DNA of 64,000 nucleotides from Phoronis australis (Eukaryota; Animalia; Phoronida), in the NCBI GenBank assembly GCA_002633005.1, contig NMRA01000340.1:1-64000 (forward strand), given 5' to 3'. This document shows positions 1-41,750 of this stretch, one piece after another. Under the pieces are notes generated by a model. It was not told where the DNA came from. It did not search any database and saw only the letters and a program-made list of their open reading frames with translations. Both the position numbers and the translations under genes were made by a program. Every line of letters starts with the position of its first letter. Within the stretch, counting starts at the first letter, position 1.

Positions 1-905
1 CAGTGGAATCAGAAAATAGAAAAAAAAACTTGAAAAAGGAATTTATCTGGAGAAAGCGAAATCTAAGTTGCCAAATAACAACTTGTACTGTGCAATTTTG
101 AAAAGCATACATATCAGTTACAAGTACATAGGTCTGACTCAAGAAACTTACTGACAGTTATTAATTTGGACATAATTGTGAGATGGTCCCAAAAACGAGT
201 CATGAAATAAGGCTAATTAACAGTTTTTGTTTTCTACACCTGTAATGTGGTAGTATTGTTTAGTGAGGTTTGCACTGGGAGAACCGACAAATGCTCCCAA
301 GCATTGAAATCGCACTCATTTTGACTATTAAAAAAGGAGCAATTTGAGACCAATTTCACAATGACCTGAACCAAAACTTAGGTTTTGAACAGAAGGCAAT
401 TGTCTAATGATGCTGAAATCGACCAATTTACTATGATTTATCTTACATCGAAAATTAACCTGCTTACACATGTATGTAGCACTCAATGGCAGCGCTTGAT
501 TGATTTCATCGGTTCAACTGGCTAAGACACCCGATTGGTTCCTACATGATGACTTCTGGCTTACAGACCAATCAGATGTCTTCGCCAGTGCATCAAGTGC
601 CACCTATAAAACTTGGAATCGCTGAAAGCACCAGACCTCACATAACAAGGGCCCCACCTGGGGAGCCTGCCAATTTCCTAAACTGCAAACACAGGTCTGG
701 TTATTAGTAGGAAAGCAAACAAAATAATGAAACATGTTAAGAGCCCCATTGCTTTCATAATATGGTCATGTAGCTAGACAACAAATTCTTCTCGTTACTG
801 AGTTATGCATCAGCAAATCTCAGTCAGTCAGCAACAGAGTTTTACAGTGACGTAGAGGACAGCATATTTTTACAGTCACTCTATTAAAAACATCCATCAC
901 CGTAC

Positions 906-29335
<28,430 letters not shown>

Positions 29336-29692
29336 TTTCCGTATTCAATGAGTTTACCTTACTTTTGTCATCCCAACTGTGATTGGTTTTTGACGGGAAA
29401 AGGTTTTAATGGGTCAAGCCTCAAATGGTTTGAAATCTGTTTCTCAACTCTTTTAGAATCTTAATTTTACTTCCATACCAATTAATGCATTAATGTATAA
29501 TTTAGTCTCGAAAAAGCAACAAAACTAACTTCTATAAAAAGATCATGGATAAAGTATGTGTGCCTTGTGACTTTGTTATACGCAACCTGATTTGTCAATA
29601 ATTTACAGCGCCATCTAATGGAACGATTTCAGAAGTTTATGACCCACTTTTCCCAGGTGATTGAGTCCGGTGCAGAAGAAACGAAGTCTGAA
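29336..29692. promoter_or_regulatory. Putative bidirectional promoter and 5' UTRs shared by USP15-like and SLC25A20
   Basis: 357 bp between divergent ATGs (29335 minus, 29693 plus); CTCF-like CCATTAGATGGCGCTG on minus at 29606-29621; YY1-like AAAATGGCGG over the USP start (29329-29338). Confidence 0.65.
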
Positions 29693-29794
29693 ATGGGTGA
29701 AGAAAATCGCGTTAGTCCGTTCAAGAGCTTTTTTGCTGGTGGATTTGGCGGGGTGTGTCTAGTGGCAGCTGGACACCCGTTGGATACAATCAAA
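29693..29794 (+). CDS. SLC25A20: SLC25A20 exon 1
   Basis: [34 protein letters not shown]; GTAAGC donor; upstream in-frame ATGs at 29618 and 29639 also exist. Confidence 0.9.
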
Positions 29795-32700
29795 GTAAGC
29801 AGCATATCCCGGTTTCCTTTCCAGGACACTTGCCAACTTGCACTCCAGTCTCCACTATTCACTGACACTAGGCAATTACATCGCCCTGGTTTGGCTGGAT
29901 GCCGCAGGCATACTAGCCTACTAGTCCGCAAAATGGACGAGGTGGCCTGAACTTCTGATCCCGACTCACGTCACAGCTAACTCAGGTCCTCTTGCGGGGT
30001 CTTTTTTCAGTACTACGGGTTGCAGGGTGCTCCTCAAAAGTCAAACTAATGCCAGATCAGTCGGAAAGATCGGTTTCTTATACCGGTAGTCTGATACAAA
30101 AAAGAAACAAATGATTAAAAATCTACCCCTTAGACTTAGTGGCCTTAGTTATAAGTCATACTGGCAGTGCCAGCAGTGGCAGTACATTACTCATTAGACT
30201 AACTACCGTCTCAACTGGCATGTGAGACGTTACATGGGCAGCACACCATAAGGGGCAGTCCTGCGCCCGTGTGTTGAAGCTTCCATCGCCGAATTATGCC
30301 TGACACCGATTAAAATATCAACGTCATTTTGTTATAAATGCCTTTTGCGGTCCAACAAATACACCTGTATTCAAACTTTTTCTTTGAGCTGTCCATTTTT
30401 AACACTGCACGCGCTCCTGGTTGATGATGGCCAGTTGCCAATATGGGCAACTGAACGAAGGACTGCTAGAAGAACTTAAAAAGTTCGATTAGGAGAGTAT
30501 TTGTTCGAGTTAGAATCGATGGAATGCAAGGAGTCCCTCTATGTAAAAAGGTACTTATAACAATGTGACTGTTATTTTAATCAGTGTGAGGCATAATTCA
30601 CCGAAAAGTTTCCAGTGTATGAAGCGTCTATTTGAGCTTCACCATTTCGAACTCGAAGGCCGGTCACTGTCTATAGCAGCATATTGTCAATAGCTGTACA
30701 TAGTACACCGCTCTGGTGCGGCTGTTGTAGCTCAAACCGATGCCTGCGCCTAACAATTTCGGTTCTGATAGGTATTAAAAAATCCGTAAACCACTGGCAG
30801 TAATTTGGGAACTTATAATTAGCTTCAGTTTAGTGTAGGCATCAGTTTGGCTCACCAACCCACGCCAAATTGAAGTGCACAAAATCAGTTTTGTGCAGGC
30901 TTCAGTTTGGGCTGCAACAGAGCCCAACCAGACCAGGAGCTACTTGCTTCCTACCGTAGCCAGGAGAATATCATGCCATTCATTTGACATCTGGTAGCAT
31001 ATGTCACTGCTTCTACCTACAGCTACAAGATGGGATACTGGTCGCTTAGACAATTACATCGCTGTGAATACTGCATGCGTACACTGGCAATGGTACACCC
31101 CATAAAAAGTTACTCATGTCAAGCAAATAAAAACAAATGAAACATGTGTATATATATATATAAATACATATTTGGTTGTAATTAACACGTACCATGACTC
31201 TGGAGACACTTAAGTCAACATATCCATGAAAATTTGTCTTGATTCACTTGAGATTCCCTCACCATTTACCATTTTGATGAAGTTACGCTAAGTCACGTGT
31301 TTTTTAGAACATCCAGAGTTGCCCGCCTCGCAACAATATAATATGAATAATGGCCCCATTAGTCAGTGATTGTCTGGTTCTCTAAATCAGGGACTGCTAG
31401 CCTATATCCAACCAGTGTCCTATACCAGTATTACAACGGGAATAATACCCACTTATAAGAAAGTGTGATGGAGAAAAATGCCCACTTAAGCTAAATACCT
31501 TTCCAAGTCAACAGTGGAGGGTAAAATATGGACTAGCAATTAATTTGGTCTATACATGGTCACCTGGAAAGAGAAGATGCCTTCCTAATTTGTCATCGCG
31601 CCCCTGCCTAGCCTAGCACTGGTTGAATATAGTGACCCCTGATTTAAAGAACCAAACAATCATTGAATAATCACAAGTTCCAAGATGACGTGTCCATATG
31701 ATGCCTTATATCAAGAAAATGGATTATTTGTAATGTAGGAGATCTATTGTTGTTTGCTTATTAATAGATCTAACTTATAAATAATGACTTTCCCACGTCT
31801 AGTTTTCCATCGTGCTTTCTGATAAAACAATGCAGTGAAACCATTGTAAGCCTTAGAAATTCGGAGCAAGTTTGAAAAGCCCTTACAAAGTCATCAAGTT
31901 AGCAAGCATTACTGACACTTTAAGGCAGTTAGACGACAACTGTGGGGAAAGACCACTACACCTAAAACTACACCACCCACCTTTGTAAATGAGTACACTA
32001 AGTTGACTACTGCTTTTGTCTGACTATTTAAACCGACTCATTCTGCAGTGGTGCATTAGCAGGGTACAGAGAGGAAATGGCTGAAATCACCAAAATATAC
32101 ACGGAGTGCATAGTATCCTTTATTTCTTCGCAGGTGCGGCTACAGACTATGCCCAGACCTGAGCCAGGACAGGCTCCTCTGTATAAAGGAACATGGGACT
32201 GTGCAACAAAAACGGTCTCCAAAGAGGTAGATGTCTTAAAATGTTTAAAAAGTCAGTGGTCTTGAATTAGGTTAAATTGAAATCCTGTGTGCCAGTTTTG
32301 TGCCAGCTTTAATAGGTCCATCAGTTATTATGTTTTAAGAAATTTTCAAACTACTTTCTGAGCATATTTATAAAAGTAGCTGTAACATACTGGCAACATT
32401 TCTCAATGAAATTTCCTGAACTTGAAAAAGAACTTCATTGTCATGAAAAAATAACAAAACGTAATCTGGCATCCTATCATTTCCACAAAATTTTAAGAAC
32501 ACGAAAAGTAACTTATTGACTGTCATGAAAAAAAGAAATTGGCACCCTATGCCTACAAATTTCAGAAAGTTAACATACAAACCCTGCTTAATATGGATTA
32601 GGACTTTCGAACATGCATGCATGCACCCAGCCTAAAAATGGTGGGGCTCAAATCTTTGAAAATGTGGACCTTTTACTAAAAAATGTGGGCCTTCTACTAA

Positions 32701-35700
32701 AAAAATTAGGGCCTTTTACTAAAAAAACGGGGTACGCTCAGAGCTATGACTTGTGCATTTGCCAAGTTTTGGTAGTTCCTGACCTTTTATTGGACTTTTA
32801 TCTCGTTTTCTACATTTTCAGACTTTTTGTTTCTCTGAGGCAGACCTTTTTGCCCACTTCACCAAATGGGCCCCCCTGGGTGTGTATGTGACATGTACGT
32901 GAATTTTGCAATGTCTCTCAAGTTGGAGTTCCTCGTTGTTGAGAACTGCTTGTTATTGTCATTTGCTAACATCTGTTTATTCAACAAACCCTACCGACAG
33001 TTTCTGAAGACTGACTGGTTACTACTCACATTCATGCCACCTAACATTGTGTCCTGTTCGTCATTGCAGGGTGTTCGAGGCTTGTACAAGGGTATGGCTG
33101 CACCCATTGCTGGAGTGACCCCTATGTATGCTGTGTGCTTCTTTGGCTATAATCTGGGCAAGAAACTTCAGCAGAGGACACCCACTGACCACCTCAAGTA
33201 ATGTGAAGACTAGTTTTCGTAATAGATTCCATTAGAGCTTCTACAAAACAAGGATCTGCTTTATGAAGATTCTATTGCCTTCTGTCCCTTTAATAGCTAA
33301 AAATCAGCCTACAGACGGCTTAGCCTGATTCATGACATCAGGCTGAGGCTAAGTCAGAAAATTTGTCCGCAACTCAAAGTTATGAAGCAGAAATCTGCAG
33401 CCTGTTCATAAGCAGACTAAAAATCCAAAGTAAAAAAACTCAACTTCCGGCTATTGGTAGTCTGATATCTGAAATTTGGCTGAAGTCATGAGACAAAAGA
33501 CAAAATACATTTCGAGAAACAGTCCCATTAACCACTTGTTGTGATATTATCATTTTTTGTGCAAACCAACTCATTTTGAAACAAAACGTCACAATTTGGG
33601 ACAATTCGTGTTTTTTTAATATTGTGTCACCTTAATTGTAGTTCAGTTTTACTGTTTGTATTCTGTCAGACAACTTTTAATACCTAGTGGCCATTTATCA
33701 TTTCAGTTACAAACAGTTATTTGCTGCAGGCATGTTAGCCGGAGTCTTCACTACGGGTATAATGGCACCTGGAGAACGCATCAAGTGTCTTCTGCAGGTA
33801 CATGTATGATGGTGAAAATTGAACTCACGTCTGGTGTTTCGGTGGAAACACTTGCTTCGTTGCTGTGGTACAAAGGTGTATTGATATTACAACGGATCCA
33901 AACTGTGTTCGGGCACTGCTCATACCGGACTATTTCAGCCATTAGTTATTGAAACTTCATGCAAGAAAGAACCCAAGATGTCTGCATGGGAATCCCCAGT
34001 AAGAACTCAAGCCCAGCCAACTTTTTTAGCCATTTAGTATAGAGATGCCCATTTGTTTTGTGGCTATGACTCCAGTGCAGGACAAACATCTTGATGAGAT
34101 GACTGATTGGTGCTGCTATATTTCCGTATAGTGTGGGTATTAATGTACAAAATTTCGTGTTTATTTTTGCGCACTTCATTCTATAGCCCTGCTGTACAGT
34201 GGAGATGTATGATCAGAATTCAGATGGTCCGATTAATGGGTCTGTCCAGTGAATCTGTTTCCTTAGCAGACACTTCTTATTCTGTGGCATTTTGATCCTG
34301 TTGAGTTTTTGAGGCAAAATACATAATGAAGCTAGTTTGCAGTGCTTTTCAAAACCTTTGTTAGGTTCTACCATGTTTAACAATGGAATGACATCCTAAA
34401 GATCTGTTGAGTTATGTGCCTAAGGCCTCTAAACTTTCCTAGAGACAATTCAAAAAATGAACAACTGTGTGGCACTCTTCAAATAAACTATATATTTCAA
34501 ATTGGGTAATTGACTAGACCTTTTTGAGTCAAGTTTTGAATACAGTTTGTTGGTTTTTGGTCCAGAGGTTGTAGCAAGTCTGCATTCTGTTTTTTGCATC
34601 TCACTTTTCTTGTCTCTGACTTGAGTGGTACTGTACCCATACTTCAGTTCCCTACATATCTATTCTTATTTCAAAACTATTCCGGGCTCAATTTTCTAAC
34701 CTCATTCATTATTGGGTGGTTGACCTTGTTCTGGTTTTACAGATTCAAGCTGCAGGTGGAAAAAAGCTATATAATGGCCCCATAGACTGTGCTAAAAAGT
34801 TATTCAAGGAGGGAGGCATCAGGAGTGTTTATAAAGGTACCGCAGCTACTCTACTGAGAGGTAAGACATGTTAACTTCAGCTACTTTTCTGAGAGGTAGG
34901 ACATGTTACAATAAAAATAATTGCAGGCGGTCTGGTGCACGTAATACCAGACATGCGCAGGCCACACATGTGGGCCCATTGCATTAGAGATCACCTGGAA
35001 CTATTTTTGTGCTTTATTGAACCGAGCTGAGGAGCTAGAAACCTGACTCGAGGGTCTAGCAGTGTGGCCCAGTGGGACTCAAAGCCATGACCTTGAGTAA
35101 AGAAGGCGGGCACCTATCACACTAGGCCACACTGCCTCCTCTTAAGACATGTTAACTTCAGCTACTCTTCTGAGAGGTAAGACATATTAACTTTAATCAG
35201 CTTATCTTTTGAGAGGTAAGACATGTTAACTACAGTGAGTACACTAAGGTCTCTTTTTGGAGCAAAGTCCTCTATGGCAATCTCACTATGCGGTAAATAT
35301 GCAAAAAGGTTATCAAAGTTAGGGTAGCCGAGTAACATCGGTGACCCACTATATGGGCCCACGTATGCATAACTGAGTTTGCTCGTGGTGGGTATCCTTA
35401 AAAACCAATCACCCGCTTTATTTTTTCTTACCACGGATTATTGTGCAAACTGTTCAAAACACATTTTCTGAGTGCAGTGCCTAGGTGACGGAAAACATTA
35501 ACTATACTTAGATGAAAAAATATAGATCACAACTTCCGAGCATATTCAATCTAAAATGATTTTCCCAATGTAGTGAAGCTGCCTGATGACGGACTGGCTG
35601 AGACAAAAATTCCGTCGCCCTCTGACAGTGTTCAAGGACAACTACAAGGCCATAGACCATTAGTCAGACAACTTAAAGTAGAACTTGCATGCTAATTTGT

Positions 35701-38700
35701 TATCTCTGTGATTGTTTGGTCAAATTAGTAGCGATGATGTGAATATGAAGTAGGTTGAAAATTGCCACATGTTTTAATTTGAGAATACGTTTTGTGTCGA
35801 AAAGGATCGTATCCGCTGTAAATCACTCAACCTTGTCCAGTAAGTGTCGTGATGTGGTGTTGGGGAATAACACTATATGATGCGGGTTATGTGAGCCCCA
35901 AGGTACATCATTAGTGCAAAGGTCACCTAGTTGCAGAATTTTTTGTTTTCACCATTCTTTCAAGTTGTCAGTGAATACAACTGCACTTTGTTTAGCATAG
36001 ATGATGTTCAAATCGTATTGTCGTTTAGTTCCTGCTGTACATTTTTTGCATAGTCAGGAGCATGCAAATACATCTTTAAATGTGACATTCCAATACATTT
36101 TGACAGACTATTTTTGGATTTGTACTGTAAATTACACATTGTACTTGAAATAGAACTGACAGAATTGTGCTGTTTAAACTGCTTTCATAGTCTGTAATTA
36201 CATCAAATTGAATTAATTTTTTTCTTGACCTGCTGTTTCGTCCATGACTTGTGCTAAATGTCGAGCTAAATGTCACACTGTTGTCTTACAGATTTACCTG
36301 CCACAGGAATGTACTTTATGTCTTATGAGTGGATGCAGGATAAGTTAACACCAGAGGGTGGCAGGTAAAATTTCAAAACCATATTCCATCTATCATATTC
36401 CACCTGAGTTTTCCATATATACCTGGGTCATGGGCGGCACAGCACTGAAATAAGTGGGGAGCTATAGCCCCCCCAGCCCCCTATGGTGCGCCGCCCATGT
36501 GTGTGCATTCTCAGCTGATAAGACCAAAAGTCAAATGTGGTAATATGCTCAAGGCATGAAGTTGAGAGAGCTGAGTTTTTGTGTGGGCATATCAACACTG
36601 TAGGTGAGGCTTAAAAAGAAAATTTCTGGAGCACGCTCAATGCTATACTGTGTTAAGATTTTAGTGTCCATTTCCTGTAGTACTGAGAAAGCTCGTGACA
36701 GGTCTTCCACCAAACATATTAACCTCAGACATGCTCCCTGGATGTATTGTCAGAAAATTTTCTTGGGATATGCCTTTTAGACATAGATTTTACTAGACTT
36801 ATAAATGGGAATCTTAAAATGAATGTCAAAAGCTTTAATTCACGTTGAACATACAAGCCGCTGCAGTCAATGATTTGCAAATGTGAACAAATCTACAAAA
36901 ATCTGCTTGGAAGCAATCATTGTGTTCCAATATGATGTTCAGTTTTCTTCACACTCGTTTTTTCTCTCTTCTGTTTTTTGATTCCGTCTTCTCCCAAAAT
37001 TTGCAAATGCGTGCTTGACTTAGTTGCCTCATTCTAACTCCTTTTCTTTTTACAAATTTTGCTAAATTGTTCTGAGAATCTGGCAGATGTGTTCGTTCTG
37101 AGATGACCAGGGCTGATGTAGATTTTTGAATGAGTCAGTGTACCGTGGCTCCCCCTAGTTGGAATTTTTGTGTATTTGCATCCATGGTTTTTTCCCTGTG
37201 ACCCCCTGTATGTTCTTTGTGAAGTGACAACAGGCAACGACTTTTTGGGTGGTTCAAACTACAGTACCACTTCCTAGTGGCAATTTTATTTTTGATGTTT
37301 GCCTCTGAGTATTCGGAGTTCCTTCACAAATTTTCATGAAGTAAGGGACACAGGCCTTGTTTCTATTTTCAAGCGGGTTTGACGTTATCGTCCTTAATTA
37401 CATGCACTTTATTTAGAAAGTGTACNACATATCAACACTGTAGGTGGGGCTTAAAAGTAAAATTTCTGGAGCACGCTCAGTGCTATACTGTGTTAAGATT
37501 TTACTGTCCATTTCCTGTAGTACTGAGAAAGCTTATGTTAGTTCTTCCACCAAACACATTAACCTCAGACATTCTCCCTGGATATATTGTCAGAAAATTT
37601 TCTTGGGATATGCCTTTTAGACATAGATTTTACTAGTAAGACTTATAAATGGGAATCTTAAAATGAATGTCAAAAGCTTTAATTCAAATTGAACATACAA
37701 GCCGCTCAGTCAGTGATTTGTAAATGTGAACAAATCTACAAAAATCGGCTTGGAAGCAATCATTGTGTTCCAAAATGATGTCCAGTTTTCTTCACTCGTT
37801 TCTTCTCTCTTCTGTTTTTTTATAAGTCTTCTCCCAAAATTTGCAAATGCGTGCTTGACTTGGTTGCTTCATTTTGACTCCTTTTCTTTCACAAATTTTG
37901 CTAAATTGGTCTGAGAATCTGGCAGATGTGTTCGTTCTGAGATGACTAGGGCTGATGTAGATTTTTGAATGGGTCCGTGTACCGTGGCTCCCCCTAGTTG
38001 GAATTTTTGTGTATTTGCATCCATGGCTTTATCCCTGTTACCCCCTGAATGTTCTTTGTGAAGTGACAACAGGCAACAACTTTTCGGGTGGATCAAACAA
38101 CAGTACCACTTCCTAATGGCTATTTTATTTTTGATGTTTGCCTCTGAGTATTCGTAGTTCCTTCACAAATTTTCATGAAGTAAGGGAAACGGGCCTCGTT
38201 TCTATTTTCAAGCAGGTTTGAAGTTATCGTCATTTATTACATGCACTTTTTTAGAAAGCGTACTGAATAAAAAGGTGTTGGTTTTCTATTACAGTCGTAA
38301 GGATTTGCGACCAATGCAGACTTTGGTTGCTGGAGGAATGGCGGGTATATTCAATTGGCTGATTTCGATGCCCCAAGATGTGTGCAAATCGAGATACCAG
38401 ACCTGTAAGTGGTGGCCATGTTCTGTTAAATAAACATGAAGCGGAACCCCATTATACGAGCCTCCGATAAACTTTTGTTGGAACTGAGGTTTGCCGTAAC
38501 TAAATAAACCTGACTTTATACAATACAGTTGACTTGCAATGTGGTAATGAGAAGTTTTAATTTCAATAGGCGAAATATATAAAATATAGCCAGGTTACAT
38601 AAAATTCATATGCTGTATAGCACGAATAATGTCACACTATCATACATCATGATATAGTTGCAACCATCAAACTTATCCAGCAGACAACTATTATTGTTTT

Positions 38701-40638
38701 TTTGCAACCAGTGGTGTTTGTTCTGTGATTTGACTGTACTCTGGAAAAAAACCTGGGATATTGATCTTGGTGTAGTCATTCAGTTATGTTCTGCCACTGG
38801 GGTAAGTTCTTGATACTGTATAGTTTGTCATCAGTGTAGGCGATGCTTTCAGGAGGATGTCTGAATCAACCTATGATGTATACCTCAGCCTATAAATATT
38901 CATACCGATGTACAATGTCTCTTTGTGAGTGCTTTAATGTAGCCGTTAAAATATTTGAAATTTTTAATCCTGCCATTGAGAGAAAAGAATAATTTATGAA
39001 TATTTTAGTGTTGTTTTAGTGAGTGATGACTTAAACATGTTCAATACTTTCCATAAACAATCTGTCTAAAAAGATTTTTTAATGTTTTCAAAGACCTTGT
39101 TCTTGTTTAGTATGCTTTCTTAAAATGCACGTCTTGTTCTTTGTAATTGAGTTGTTAGGCATGACATAGGAAGTTCTTTGTCAACACGTGTACATAGATA
39201 TCACAAAGGCAGGTCTGACAATGAATTGTTTTCATAAAGTGTGTTGCAATTATTTCTTAGTACCACCACCTTTGAACCTTCTTGGCTTTCAGCACCTCCA
39301 GGGATGTACACTGGAGTAGTCCATGTTTTCAGGAGTTTGATAAAGGAAGAAGGTCCCCTAGCTCTATACAGAGGCTTCACAGCGGTTATGCTTAGAGCCT
39401 TCCCAGCCAATGCGGTGAGTGTCACATGAAATTTGTGTTATCGAAGATTTTCAGCACTACTTTTGAAACTTAACCATTTGCTTTCCAATTTTTTTCTTCT
39501 TTGCCATTGCCAACATTGCTGGATATGCCTAAACACTTTTGTTGCCTCTCCTAGTAAGCTAGAAAAACATGCATTTCATTGCAACAAGAATCCTACCCTG
39601 CTTTAACTCTATCAAAGTTTCAGCAACATGTTGGTTTCATGTTCTTCTTGGTAATAAAAGGCATTTAAATTTTTGCAAAATGCCAAAGGGTCCTACTCCT
39701 GGTCTTAGCTAGGACTGTCGTACTTTCACTATTTTCGATGCAGTTCATTCATGCGGTTTATGAAGGTGGTCTGTAAATGTAAACAATAAATAATAATCAA
39801 ACTGTTGTGTTTTCAATTCGATGGTTGAAAACATATAACAGCTGTACGCGTTAAAACCACATTTGATATTTACAGATAAAAATTTTCCAAAACTACATGA
39901 ACTGCAATAAATTATTTATGTGCCTTCAAATATTTTGATAAGTAAATTTGCCTTTGTTGTACTTAAAATGGAGACTGAGCTTCTCCAGATAATGACAAGC
40001 AGTTTTATAATTTTTGTTTTACAAAATCCTAATGCTCTAGTACCCCCATTTATCCAATGTTCGTATGTCCGATCTTAGCTAACGAAGCCAGAATTTCGAT
40101 ATTTACTGGCACATAGTTTATGCATGTTGTTTGTCTATTCGGTCGGTAAATTTGAATTTAAATAACAGTCAGTTGCATCATGTTATTTTTGATTCGCAAT
40201 GATGTACCAACCTAGGAAATGTCATTATCACCTGAATCTGGTGAAAGTTTGCCATATGTGTTTATACCATGATGTTAGAATGGGTTTTACTGCCCCCTAT
40301 TGGTTTGGAACAGCCCGGCCTGGAATGCATGTACAGGAGTAGTTTTAAAAAAGTTGACAGTATTTCTTGACTCAGAATATCTACAAAAATTCCACGCATG
40401 ATATCCCAGCAAATCTACGAGTCTGTTTTAGTATTATGTTTTGTCAGGTTTCCGTCTGGGTTTGTGCCTTAACTTTGACTGAGCCAGATGAATTTTGATG
40501 GAATTCGCGGACTTTTTTCAAAACCACTGTGTTGTCTTGATGAGGTTTGATGGGCATTTTACTTTTGGAGTTAATCTGTTGCAGGCTTGTTTCATGGGGT
40601 ACGAACTAGCCATGAAGTTCCTGAACTACATATTTTAA
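29693..40638 (+). CDS. SLC25A20: Mitochondrial carnitine/acylcarnitine carrier protein (CACT), 9 exons, 296 aa
   Basis: Three carrier signature motifs (HPLDTIK, APGERIK, MPQDVCK) plus CACT-typical [26 protein letters not shown] and [16 protein letters not shown]. Exon lengths 102+93+128+91+118+73+110+122+54 = 891 nt, all GT-AG, ending in TAA. Confidence 0.96.
31358..31671. mobile_element. MITE
   Basis: Inverted ends tgattgtctggttctctaaatcaggg / ccctgatttaaagaaccaaacaatca. Confidence 0.6.
32134..32226 (+). CDS. SLC25A20: SLC25A20 exon 2
   Basis: [31 protein letters not shown]. Confidence 0.95.
32616..32888. mobile_element. MITE (CATGCRYGCACCCAG-ended family)
   Basis: catgcatgcacccag ... ctgggtgtgtatg; related copies at about 43680-43910 and 50718-50936. 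Confidence 0.65.
33070..33197 (+). CDS. SLC25A20: SLC25A20 exon 3
   Basis: [42 protein letters not shown]. Confidence 0.95.
33707..33797 (+). CDS. SLC25A20: SLC25A20 exon 4
   Basis: (N)[30 protein letters not shown]. Confidence 0.95.
34743..34860 (+). CDS. SLC25A20: SLC25A20 exon 5
   Basis: [39 protein letters not shown]. Confidence 0.95.
34843..35233 (+). repeat. 35-bp tandem repeat of the SLC25A20 exon 5 end plus donor, interrupted by a SINE
   Basis: Unit cagctactctnctgagag/gtaagacatgttaactt; GT at 34861 (real), 34896, 35177 and 35216. Confidence 0.88.
34909..35141 (-). mobile_element. tRNA-derived SINE
   Basis: Minus strand GAGGAGGCAGTGTGGCCTAGTG (A-box-like) ... GGCTTTGAGTCCC (B-box-like), AT-rich tail; second copy at about 48915-49043. 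Confidence 0.7.
36292..36364 (+). CDS. SLC25A20: SLC25A20 exon 6
   Basis: (D)[23 protein letters not shown](S). Confidence 0.94.
36588..38263. repeat. ~838-bp tandem duplication separated by a single N
   Basis: 36588-37425 vs 37428-38263 with scattered substitutions; in SLC25A20 intron 6. Confidence 0.88.
38295..38404 (+). CDS. SLC25A20: SLC25A20 exon 7
   Basis: [36 protein letters not shown]. Confidence 0.95.
39293..39414 (+). CDS. SLC25A20: SLC25A20 exon 8
   Basis: (S)[40 protein letters not shown]. Confidence 0.95.
40585..40638 (+). CDS. SLC25A20: SLC25A20 exon 9 (terminal)
   Basis: [17 protein letters not shown] then TAA. Confidence 0.94.
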   Translation, partial: ACFMGYELAMKFLNYIF

Positions 40639-41611
40639 CGGAAACGCAACCTAGACGCACGAAGCAATTTCATTTTCCATGACAGTGTGACAGACACAAC
40701 TGATGTTTATTGGAAAATGATGCATGTTAATAATTTGTTAAACTTAAACCTGCCCGAGTGTGTGACAATATCCATGTGATTGTGGAACTAATATGATACA
40801 TATGTGTATATAATGTGGACATACATCAATGCCCTGATCTCTGTGCTCTTCTATGCCTGAGTGTATTCAGGCCCAGACGCTTATATGAATGAACCTTTTT
40901 AGGGACAGAGAATTGTGAAATATGCATTTCCCTCGCCATATGTTGACTGGAAATTAAGTGTATGTTTGATGGTTTCATTGGTTGGTTTTGTTGTACTAGG
41001 AACATCGGGTTTCCCAAAATCCATTGCGGATGACCCACAAATCTGATCATTAAAAGGTCAATGTTCAGCTGCTCCAGTATCAATAATTGGGAGTATGCAC
41101 TGTGATGTGAAACCCTTTAACTGCAAAAGTTAAGGAGAAACTTTTTAAAATAGCATAACAGGCAAAACTTGATTTCTATATTTCAAACTGACGGATGTTG
41201 CCTGTCATCCATTCAGGACGGCATTGATCAATCCATTTAATTGAGAAATACTTGATCTTTGCTCAATACAGTTACTTACGACTAAAAATGAAGCATGTGT
41301 GCGCACTTGACAAAAAACAATGTTTTTAATGTATGCACATGGGCCTAAATATGCATTTATATGGTTGGCTGATGGAAGTACTATTATTGATTAAGGCATT
41401 GAATTCTAGTTTTGAAGGAAATTAGTAAGTAATAATAGAGTAATTCTTTCCTTTATTTTGCTCAAACATGATTGCCCGAAGAACTTGTCATTTTTCTTAT
41501 TTTTAACCTTACCAAATCTTGTTTTATGACAATAATGTGCATTTCAAACCATGAGAGTGATAGACTCTTTGAGGCCAGGAAGTGGCCAATATGTGTAGCT
41601 ATAAAACAGGT

Positions 41612-41750
41612 ATGCTTCAGTGACATTGCTTGAAATGATATTCACTCATGTTCATGCTTCATGTGATATTGCTTGAAATGATATCCACACATGTTCATAC
41701 TTCATGTGATATTGCTTGAAATGATATCCACACATGTTCATACCTCATGA
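41612..41750. repeat. ~42-bp tandem repeat, 3 copies, downstream of the SLC25A20 stop
   Basis: cttcatgtgatattgcttgaaatgatatccacacatgttcata. Confidence 0.85.

Noticed and set aside
838-882. Possible final USP exon (minus strand reads KYAVLYVTV)
   Set aside because: Does not match the expected SKAAYVLFY motif and has no suitable acceptor; the final exon is probably outside the window
29983-30010. Hairpin followed by a T-run resembling a rho-independent terminator
   Set aside because: Lies in a eukaryotic intron and the stem is weak
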